A stretch of DNA of 64,000 bases from Psammoneis japonica (Eukaryota), in assembly GCA_008632985.1 (NCBI GenBank), contig QPGO01000178.1, positions 1 to 64,000 of the forward strand, written 5' to 3'. Position numbers and translations under genes: made by a program. Every line of letters begins with the position of its first letter. Position 1 is the first letter of the stretch. Shown one piece after another: positions 49,723 to 59,944 of the stretch. The notes under the pieces were generated by a model. It was given only the letters and a program-made list of their open reading frames with translations. It did not search any database and had not been told where the DNA came from.

Positions 49723-50151
49723 TCTCAATTGTTTGAAAACGATGTGTCGTTTTGTGTTTGTGGAAAACGATGGACTCTGGCGATTGGAGGAATGCTGCAA
49801 GCGAATAGGGCAAAGGCGAGACGCGAGACACAGTGATGCCGCAGCAGCAAGCAGCAGCATGCATCATCAAGTACTTCGTAAAAAGTCAACCTCGCCACTT
49901 TCAGATACTACGAATTGCTGAACAATTGCGCGGATACACGTGCCCGAACGGTGATTGTTGCTTCGGGCACGAAATTCGAGCTTCGCGCACGTAGATACCG
50001 TAGAATATGTACCAGCATTCGAGAATGTCCGATTTGTGTAGATCACGTAGCACCGTACCGTACCACAGAGGTCATTTCCTGAAATTCCCGCGACGACTCA
50101 TACGACTCCAATGGTATTTTCAATACACCATATATACTACTATGTAGAATG

Positions 50152-51492
50152 CACTCCCTCGGATCGTAACATATTTCAACTGGCGCACAGAGAGATTTCT
50201 ACGTGATTTCTACGTACCTCGTACGAATCACGTAGCCGTAATAGCACAAAACGTCTGGCCTCCACCCCAATCCTATGCCGGTAACACTCCACACTCCCGC
50301 CTATTTATTGTGCCGGCCGGCACCAAGAGGTTCGATTCTCTCATGCTTTTGAACTTCATTCAGCACCCCGTCTACTCACCACCAGTCCAAAACAACACGA
50401 GTGCATCTCTTTCAACTGGAAAGTTGATTGACAGAAGAGTGAAGAAAGATCTCTTTCAGAACTTTTACTCTCTTGACTGCACCAGCATGGTGCAAGTGTG
50501 ACGAATCGGGAAACTCGGGTCGAGTCGTCGACACGGCCGGATTGAAGTCAAAAGGAGGTCCGCAGGAAAACAAAACAAATAAAGAGCTAAGAGAGTTACA
50601 ACAAGACTGTGAAAAGATGCCAGCTCGATTCCCCAGATGAAGGTGACTCGATGCAAAAAATCGATGCCACTCATTGCATGGAGTGATCTGAGCAACAAAC
50701 CCCGGCCAATCGCACGATGCTTTGCACCTCGGGCAAGAATAAAGCCCACCCAACAGCATCTGAATAATTCCCATGGGAGTGATGTTTCTGTCACCAATCT
50801 TCTCCAAATCAAACATTGCCAGCACAACCACGCACACGTCCTTTTCCCACCTGCAAATGCTCCTTGAAGCCAACTGATCCACCACGAATGACGTTGTTGT
50901 AACCTGCAAAGATGTCCTCCAAGAGATTGACATCTTTTGACCTCCTAATGATGCCAAGTTTTCTGGGTTGTCAAACAGATCAGGGTGTCCACAATGTCAT
51001 CGGATGCAGAGAGGTCTTCAAGGAATTTCTTGCAAGGCCGCCCAGCTTGCCAGAGAACTCACACACCGTGTTTTAACACATGATCCATGAACACCACTGT
51101 TTGCATCATCAACATGTTCCACAAAGTAAATCATGAGGCCCTTTCGTGGGGAAGAATCTGCGTGCGGACCGAGAAACAAACAGAGTGAGTGCCGGACCGC
51201 TGTCGTCTGTTGGAAACACACCAACCACGAGCCGCGACGTCCAGAGCTCGTCTCAAACACTCCAAAGGTGCCATGCACATCAGCGCCTTTTATCCATGTT
51301 TTTTGTGAAACGAATGAGGCATGGGTGAAGGGATGAGAGGAGGGAAACGACAACAAACTCGACGAAACACACCGGAACGATGACAACAGCAGCAGACTCA
51401 TGCACCGAAGGAATCGAAATCGACATTCTTGCGCGGAGTGGCACTTGTCAAAATTCAGCCAACACGCAATGGTGCTGCAGACAAATGTCGAC
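50152..51492. mobile_element. Second, right-truncated and TpA-hypermutated copy of the Pack-MULE-like element
   Basis: 50152-50301 is identical to 29072-29221; 50293-51492 is colinear with 31434-32632; lacks the nested insertion. Confidence 0.93.
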
Positions 51493-53550
51493 TGCCACTT
51501 GCTGCTGTGAGAATCCACTGGGTTCTCTCATTTTGGTGTGCCTCACCTTCCTCTTGGTGGCCTTGTGCAAACAAAAAGCCATTTTGCGAAAGATGGGAGC
51601 GAGCTTCAAATGATGGCTCATCAATCAAAAAGTTGCTTCAGAATCAAAATGTGCTGCAATGTGCCCCTTGGCACCTGCATTGCCATTGCTGGCATTGTGG
51701 CAATGACAGAGGGTCAAAACATGGTTGTTTTGGCTTTTCAGCCTTGCAACTCAGCTGCAATGACAGGATTTTGACAAAATGCTCACAACCCACCGCAAAA
51801 AACCTTTTTTTTTTGAGCACGGCACATGGCATGCTACCACTCTGCCACAGCAGGGGTTGCAGATTCACACTGGCACAACAGATTTGTCATTTTGCCACAG
51901 AGGCTGAGTGGTGCCTGATGCACAACAGCATGCGCCCCCAACTGCAACAAAGATTGTCTTGCACAGTTTTTTGTTGCAAAAAACCTGAGAAAGCATGTCG
52001 CTGCAGTTTTCAGTGGTGGACTCAATTCAAGGGAGGCTGTGCAATCACATGAGCAGTCAAGGTCACAGCTGCAGCTGCAAAAGCTTTGTTGGTTGGCAAA
52101 AAGCTGTGCTTGTTTGGGCAGGTGGCTAAAGTGGTTGCTGTGGATGGAAACTGTGCCCATTGAAAAACTTCATTGTGGGTGGGTGCACATTCACTGAGTT
52201 GGGCCAATCCATCAAGAATTTGCAACTCTGGTGTGCAGCATCATGGCAGCTGAGTTGCCAAACTTGAAGCTGAGACAGACATCATGTCTCCATGAACATT
52301 TGCAGGACTGCACTGCATTTTTTTGCCACTGGGTGTATCTTGCCAAGTGGCACACATTTGCACATTGAAAAACTTTTTAAAAAAAAGATGCTCTCCTTGA
52401 TTCATGCTGAAAGTTCGTCAACTCAGGATCCTGGCATGTGGCATCATGGCAGCTGAGCTGTCTGGTGAAAGCTGCTGAAGTGACCATGCTTCCGTGGGAG
52501 GAGCGCTCACTTGATTTCAGTTTTTTTGTTTGCCGTGAGGCCAAATCCAACAGCATCATGGAGAGGAGCAGAGTTCTCACTGACAGCAGTCTGCGTGACT
52601 GTTCCACAGGGTTGTGTTCTGCCAAAAGGGGGTGCGGGCAATGTTTTCTTGCTGGTGAAGATGCACCTCAGCCTTGTCTGTTCTTGTTCCTTGTTGATGG
52701 GAGTCAACCACAGCAGATTTCAGCTGCCACAGGTGTCAATCATCAAATCCTTGCTCTTGATGCCTGTGTGCCAATGCCTTTTGTCAATGTTGAGCCATGC
52801 CTTGATGACACAGCATTGAGCCGTCATGCCTTGGCTGCCAAGGGCAAAAACACAGTTTTTCAAAACACCAACACACTTCACTTCACCATGCAAGCTCAGT
52901 GCTTTTTCTGGAGTTGTGCCAACAATGATGAACATCAGCCACAAAACTGACTGGCACCCTCCAAGCTTGACACCCATCCCCCAAAGACAAACGGCATGTG
53001 TGTGGTGGTCAAAGTGCCCCTCAAAGTGTCAGGCAAAAAAAGCTTGGTGGCAAGAACAGCTGATGCCTTTGATGTTGGTGGTCTTCTCTGTCACAGCCAT
53101 CATCAAAGCCAAAGTTGTTTTTCCATTGTTTTGACAGCCCCTGCCAAAAATGGAAAAAGGAGCAACCCCCCTCATGTTTCATCGCAGGTGGCAACCAGTC
53201 TGACATGGGCTGAGGTTGGTGTCACCAATGTGGCCTTTCTTGTGGATGAGTGCACGCCACCATCATTGTTGGCCAGTCATTGTCAAAAGAGCAACAAGAA
53301 GCCAAGACAAATGCACCAATTTGTGAACGAGTTTCTTCAATGTGTGGAGCTGTGTGACTCAAGGGTTGATGGCCTCTCTTTTTCATCTGCACACAGGGTC
53401 ATTTCTGATGCACAGCTCTTTTGTCTCGAACTGCTGTTTCAGACGATGCCTGCGTTGATGTTGCCACTGGCAAAATTCCTTCATTTTTTGTGCTCCAACT
53501 CCTCTCGCTTTCGACCACTTCCACTGTGTGTTCTCAGCACTCTCCACCAG
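51493..53550. other. TpA/CpG-depleted degenerate block G, origin not recognised
   Basis: TA almost absent; ends abruptly at ctagctagtagaggttagagagag (~53554). Confidence 0.8.
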
Positions 53551-53609
53551 ATCTAGCTAGTAGAGGTTAGAGAGAGCCTGTGCTTCTTGGAGGGAGGTGG
53601 GTGCCTGCT

Positions 53610-53809
53610 TGTCAGGATACGGAAATGGAGCGTGAATTCCGTTCGTTTGCCAGTATGAATCATGCCCAACTGACTTGAATGTTGTCCCTTGCCGCAAACC
53701 CCATAGGATGTTCTAGTGTTGTTTGCATTGTAATTTGCATTCTAAATTATTACTCTAGTGCGTGGCTCGTTTGGACAAAGCCGGATCTGAAATGAAAGCT
53801 GTGGTATGA
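53610..53809 (+). pseudogene. 3' remnant of the CRAL-TRIO gene
   Basis: Colinear with 42536-42720; splice donor gtaagt changed to gccagt. Confidence 0.85.
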
Positions 53810-53873
53810 AGGAAGTTTGTGCCGCACCACGACCTGTGCAGCATAGCTTGTAGTGCACATGAATTAGTTTCCC

Positions 53874-54997
53874 CTACATTCGAAGAATGGATTCTATCAT
53901 TCCTCGTGCTTGATTTGCATACATTCCGCCAAACAGAACATCATGGTTTAAAATGTGATAGAGATTGTACACTGTTTCCCTCTTTTCGTGACCCTGTACA
54001 GTCGTAGATCGATCAGTATGTCAGGAACACTGTGCCCACGGAGAGCGCAAAAAGTCTGAATTCACCTTACCTCTGGTAACGGCAATTCGCTCTCGTACCC
54101 ATTGTAAAAGTCGGATCCAAAGCCGCCAAACAACGACGTCATTGCGACATCCGCCTCTCTGTCCCCATAGTACGTGGCAGGGTCGAAAACCACTGGAGCG
54201 ACGGCGTTATCATCCTCATCATTTCTGGCATAGCCCTTGTTTCCACCCCACAAATCTCCATGCAATAGGCTTGGTTTGGGATCATGCTCTGACAGCAATT
54301 CTCTTGTTTTGGCTCGAAGTTTGTCAATGGTGGCTTGGTCGAATCCTGCGTTGTCCGTCAGTTTCAGCATGTGTCCCAACCGATGTTCATCCCAAAAATC
54401 GGCCCAAGTATCCATCCACGGTAAATTAGGCTGAGGCGTGGCGCCAATTGTATTGTCCACGTGAAAGCCAAATTTTCCGTTTGCGCTTGTACACTTGTGC
54501 ATTTTTGCCAACTGCACTCCCAGTTCGTACTCGGATCCACCGCCACAAAAGCTCAGGTATTCAAACACCACGAATGCAACATGACCACTCTTTCCAAAAG
54601 CAATGGGTTTAGGCACACGTATAGTGTTGGAATCGGCCATTTCCTTGACGCCCATGTATTCTGCCCGAAGCATCTCGTACTCGCCAGACGCTGACTTGAC
54701 AAAGTACTTTGTGGATGTCTTTTCATCCACTACGGCAAACGTACTGGCTCCACCGCCACCAGAATAGCCTCCTCCTTCGGTCCGTTTCAAATCTACGGGA
54801 CGATTCAATGCCTCGGATACCGCGTCCTGCAAGTCGCCCAACAGTGTTGCTTTTGACATTTTCAGATTGGAACAAGTGCCGGCTGTTTTTCTCGCCGACG
54901 AAGCTTTCAACACGCTCAACGGAAAACTCGGAAATGAACAAACTGTTTTCGCACAACTACAAAGGAACAAAGAAAAGATCAACCTCAACGAATGCAT
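53874..54997 (-). CDS. Fructosamine/ketosamine-3-kinase family protein, probable plastid presequence
   Basis: YFVKS, FGFHVDNTIGATPQPN, PSLLHGDLWGGN, FDPATYYGDREADVAM and YNLYHILNH; intron 53994-54070. Confidence 0.93.
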
Positions 54998-55224
54998 CCT
55001 ATCATGACCACTCTGTTCTCTCATACTGGAATACTGTCATAGCGAATAGCGATCCGATTTTGCGGGTCGGATGTCGGATGTCGGCGGCAAATTCCGAAAG
55101 AAACCCGGATTTACCTCATTTTTGTTGCGTTCCGCGTTCCGCCCAGCGGGGTTCCGCCATCATGCACAGGCAAGAGGCGAGGACTTCATGTTCGACTGCA
55201 GCACAAAAACACACGAACTACAAC

Positions 55225-55368
55225 ATGGCAACAAGCCACCCGCTTCCATCTAGTAATGACGGGTTCCCTTGGATACTTTTGGTGGTTGTAGTCCTTGCCG
55301 TGATTTGTGCTCAACTCAATTGCTACATTGAACAGCGACGGGATTCTTCGCGTGCTCGTTCGCGGTAG
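55225..55368 (+). CDS. Possible 47-aa single-pass membrane microprotein
   Basis: aacATGG context; PWILLVVVVLAVICA helix followed by a basic tail; no homology recognised. Confidence 0.35.
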   Translation: MATSHPLPSSNDGFPWILLVVVVLAVICAQLNCYIEQRRDSSRARSR

Positions 55369-55648
55369 TCGTTGCGATTGCACGCAGCAGCGTTGCACCT
55401 AGGCGTGTATCCATTGGTCAATTAGTGCATTGATAGCACCGATTCTTTTGGAGAAGACAGTTGTGCTGTGAGAAAAAATACCGCCAACTCTCACCCGTGA
55501 GACGTCGTAGCCAAAATGATGTGCTTCGGATGTGGCAGGTCTTATCCCGGTACCGCAACGGCAAGCTTACAATGCCATGCTTTGAATAATAGCGACAATA
55601 ACTTTCAAAAGCATAACAAAACAAGATCAAAACTGCTCTAATTTTTTT

Positions 55649-56382
55649 TTAAGGGATCCAACTTTCCGAATAAGGATCCCATTCATTCTCTCCAACATTC
55701 TTTCTCGTCAAACCAACGCCGTTTTCAAATGGAACACCGTCCCAGCCGTACTTCATAAAGTTGCGAATATTTTGATGAGAATCACCATCGGGGTCGTCCT
55801 TTACCTCACGGTAGTATTGGCCCCACAACTTAATATAAAAAACAACACAAAAAGCAAAGTTCAATCACAAATGCAAGGTTCGCTTGCAATGCCATCATCA
55901 ATGTATCATAATTGACTCACCTTGAGAGTCGTTTCCTTATCGAGACCAGAAAGAGCTGCATACGACAGAATCTTTGCCGAGCCTTCGTTTTCACCTTGTT
56001 TGTTGAGCAAATCCCCGTTCTTGAACTCCAACAATTGCGATTCATAGTGCGTGTCAATGAGTTCAATCACGTCTTCAAATTTCAAATCGTTCGCATCCAT
56101 CTCGACATTGGCATTGAAAACTTCACACTCGTCTGGAATGGTTTCTCCAGCAGCACGAATATCTTCCAACATGCGAGCGGGCTTGGCATTCTCCACGGCA
56201 CCACCAAGGGCGGTCGTTCCATCCCAGCCGAAACGAAGTTCTTCCGCCTTTTCGGTTGGTCCACGAATCTTTGCATCCAACGCCGTTGTGGCTCGAGAAA
56301 CGCCAAACAGAGAAGCCGGCACAAAGGCCTCTGATGCTACCAAGGCTGCAACAAACGTAATGGCTCCCGTTGCAAACTTCAT
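55649..56382 (-). CDS. HopJ-domain protein with bipartite plastid presequence
   Basis: Signal + ASEAFVP; FEDVIELID, FKNGDLLNKQGENEGSAKI, LWGQYYREV and HQNIRNFMKYGWDGV; intron 55829-55920. Confidence 0.88.
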
Positions 56383-56697
56383 TGTCGATCTTGCTTGAGT
56401 GTATGTGTGTGTGTGTGATGTGCGATGATGTGTGTGTTGAAAAACCAAAAAACGTGTGAGGGCCAAAAAGTTCAACTTGGAGGACGGACGGACGGACGTG
56501 CGACGTGATGCTGACGTAAAAAGCACGTAGAATTGTACAGAGATTCATGTACTGAAAAACGGCGGGAAAACGAAAAAGGACACCCGGAAACGCTTCATCT
56601 ATTAGAATTAGGCGCGCGCATTTCATCTGGCTTCGCATCTTCGCATTTTTCTGAGATTCTGGCTGCGGGCGCTACGGCTTCGCATTGCGCATCGACC

Positions 56698-57417
56698 ATG
56701 ACAGCATCATCTGCAGCGGCCTCGATTCGCTCCTCGCTAAGACCCAAGTATCCCGAGATTGACCGCTTATACAGCGACAAGTACCTGGAAGACGTTGCTG
56801 CTGTTCCAGGTCGGGCCTTTGAGTATGCGCGGGACGAAAAGATTGGAAAAGCACTCGAGTGGCGACGTTCCTACCGTGTCGATGAACTTTTAAGCGCCTT
56901 TGAAAAGGACGGGAAAACATTTTCCTTGTCTCCTTTGAAAGAGTACGAGGCTTCCGCTGAGCTTGTCAAAGTTTGTAAAACGGGTGCGTTGTACGTTGGA
57001 GGAATTGACGAAAGCAGTGGTCGCGTCATTCTGCACGCGAAAACAGCGTTAATTGACTGGTGGATATGTGGTGTCGAGGCTGGGCTGCAATACCACGTGA
57101 TGGTCATTGAACAAGCACTAGAACTTATATCACATCGGAATAAGAACGGAAAAACAACGCCAGAGTCAATGATCCTTTTGGTCGACACGACAAACTCAAG
57201 CTATGTGCCTCCACCCGCAACGGCGTTAACCGGCTTGGTTAATCTTTTGCAACGGGCATACCCCGATCGCATCCATTGTATCCATGTGGGACCAGTCAAT
57301 GCAGCGCTCCGAAAAATTTATGATCTTGTCAGTCCTTTGTTGCGTCCGAGAAGTCGGGACAAAATTGTGCTATTGGGAAACGCTCCCAGCGCCGAATCCG
57401 TGTCAACTGCCTCATGA
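56698..57417 (+). CDS. CRAL-TRIO domain protein
   Basis: KALEWRR, GGIDESSGRVI, LLQRAYPDRIHCIHV and LVSPLLRPRSRDKI. Confidence 0.8.
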   Translation: MTASSAAASIRSSLRPKYPEIDRLYSDKYLEDVAAVPGRAFEYARDEKIGKALEWRRSYRVDELLSAFEKDGKTFSLSPLKEYEASAELVKVCKTGALYVGGIDESSGRVILHAKTALIDWWICGVEAGLQYHVMVIEQALELISHRNKNGKTTPESMILLVDTTNSSYVPPPATALTGLVNLLQRAYPDRIHCIHVGPVNAALRKIYDLVSPLLRPRSRDKIVLLGNAPSAESVSTAS

Positions 57418-57660
57418 GATTGAAGCGGAAGTTGTGAAAGTGTACGTCATGATATCATGTGATTCGGCACATGAGTGGCTAAAGCCAAACGGAATTCTTA
57501 CATGTATCGATTTTTACAGATCTACAGTGAGCTAGCTTTACGACAAAGGATCAAACGTGCTTATGCAAATGAAATAGACCAAACGGTAGGGAACAACGAC
57601 TTTCTCTTGAGAAATAGACCAAACAACGGAAAGTCACGAAATTTTCCCAGAACCAGATCA

Positions 57661-59523
57661 TCAGACAAACATTCCAAGTGCCACGAAGCAGAGGGCGCCA
57701 ATAATCTTTCCAGAGAAGAAGACCTGCGTACCAGCACTGGAGGCGTCCGTCGGCATGGGAGTACCAGCGGGAGGAGGAGTCGGCCCGGTTGGAGGCTCCG
57801 TCGGCCCCGTTGGTGGCTGCGTCGGCCCCATGTCACCATCGAGTGCCACAACAATCTGTACCATTTGGTAGTCGGCAGCTTTGAAATCGCCATTCACAAA
57901 GCGAGGGTCATCCAGAATGCCACCGCTTCCAGCCGGGTTGAATCCTGGATGAACAATAACAACGCCGTTCTCGTCGACACCGGTATTGGGCGTGGTCTGC
58001 CCAAAGAAGGCGGTGTTCTCGGGGATCTCGTCGTTGACTTCGGTACCGGCATCGAGAACCATGTCGCCCATAATGTCGAGAGTGAGGGGCATAAAGTTTC
58101 CTTCAGCGTCAAAGATCGGGTGGGCTTCTGGATTTCCATTGGAGATGAAAGCGTCGTTGGATGGCAAAACCATGGAGGCGTAGCTAAAGTAGTGGACTAC
58201 TCCCGGTACGAGGGCAAATGAAAAGGGGAGAGTCACCGTGTCAGCGTAGCAGATGGGACCCATTCCCACATTACCATCCCAGACGGTACCATTAGTTGCG
58301 TTAAAGTCGGCAATGATAGGATCGTTGTCGCCGTCTTCAGCAAGAGGTTCGAGAGCTTCTGAGGCTGGTTCGTCTCGATCGTACGTGTCAAATGTACCGG
58401 CATGGACTCCGACCCAGACAGGAGTTTGACACGTCCCGTTCATTGGAGCCTTGTTGGTGACCGTGACGGTGCCAGAAACCATCATCTGAACTTTAGCAGC
58501 TTCAACCGTGATTTTCATCATCTTGTAGTCGGCTGCTTTGAAGTCAGCATTGACGAACCTGGTATCGTCAAGAATACCACCGCTTCCAACTGCGTTAAAT
58601 CCTGGATGAGTTACAACAACACCGTCTTCGTCAACACCGGTATCGGGATCGGTCTGTCCAAAGAAGGCGGTGTTCTCGGGGATCTCGTCGTTGACTTCCG
58701 TGCCTGCATCAAGAACCATTTCACCCGTGATTTCAAGAGTAACTTGCACAAAATTTCCTTCCGCGTCAAAGATAATGTTGGCTTCTGGATTTCCGTTGGA
58801 TACAAACGCGTCGTTGGACGGCAAAACCATGGAGGCGTAGCTAAAGTAATGGATTGCACCGGGTGTGACGTCAATCTCAAACTCGAGTGTTTCGGTCTGA
58901 TTGTAACAAATGGGTCCAGTCCCCACGTTGTCATCCCAGACTGTTCCTGATGTTGCCGCAAAGTCAGCAATGATAGGATCATTGATGCCGTCTTCTGCGA
59001 GGGGCTCCAAAGCCTCGGACGAAGGCATGTCCCTGTCGTAAGTATCAAATGTACCGTCGTGGATTCTGGGGATAAAGAATAGAAACATGAACAATGTCGT
59101 CAGAAGCAGGCATATGCAATGAAAATGATGCAAACGATCATGACTCCAAACCAGCACGCAACGCATCGTCAGAGACAGCATTAGTTGAAACGACGCTCAG
59201 TCATCACGTACCCTACCCAAACTGGAGTTTGACACGTCCCGTTTAACGGTGCAAGGTTCTCAACCGTGATGGTCCCCTTGTACATGATGCCATGAACATA
59301 GTGGGGACTCATGGTCAAAGCGAGAGCGCCAATGGTCCTATGTATCAAGAGAAAGAGGAGAGAAAAGGTTAGACAACACATTGTCGTCGAATAACATGTT
59401 CGTGAACGCCTTGGCGTTCGCAGATCATTACGCAAGATAATGTCAAAGAATATGACAGCAGCAGTAAAATAATGATACTGAACTAGAGAATGACACTCAC
59501 ATTGAGGGGAGGCTGAGCTTCAT
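57661..59523 (-). CDS. Secreted / likely GPI-anchored protein with two tandem Spondin_N-like domains
   Basis: Signal peptide across introns 59338-59500 and 59066-59211; TPVWVG.H.GTFD, YFSYASMVLPSNDAF and LDAGTEVNDE each occur twice; PTGPT stalk; hydrophobic C-terminus. Confidence 0.88.
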
Positions 59524-59944
59524 GATGGCTTGGTAGGAAAGAAACAACGGCAAACAGGATTTTGGTGTCGATCTTTCTTTTTATGTGCAAACTTTTTGTC
59601 GCCGAGGATCTCATTTTGCGCAAAGATGGATAGAGTTCACCTCAAAACGCAGACAAAGATAGCAAAGAACGCCGCTTGAGCAAGGTGTAATCCATACACG
59701 TTGTGTACGGTGTTTGATCCGCCAACGTTTAGTCTTGAATCTTTCTTGAGCAGGAAGCGGCATCAAGTTTTCGAGATATCACGATTGAAATCTTCATTGC
59801 TGTAGAAACTTCGTGACAGAATCCAAAATCTCGAAAAATGCCGCCGACCTCATAACCTGATCCTGAGCGAACACACAACACGCACAACAATGAACATTGC
59901 ACAGTCGTCACAGTCGACGCTGCCACAAGAAGAATAACAAAGCA

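Noticed and set aside
50293..51492. Ordinary 5mC deamination as the sole explanation
   Set aside because: CpG sites are almost all retained in this copy while most TpA sites changed.
55649..56382. Bacterial type III effector or contamination
   Set aside because: The gene has a spliceosomal intron and a diatom-type plastid presequence and sits among eukaryotic genes.
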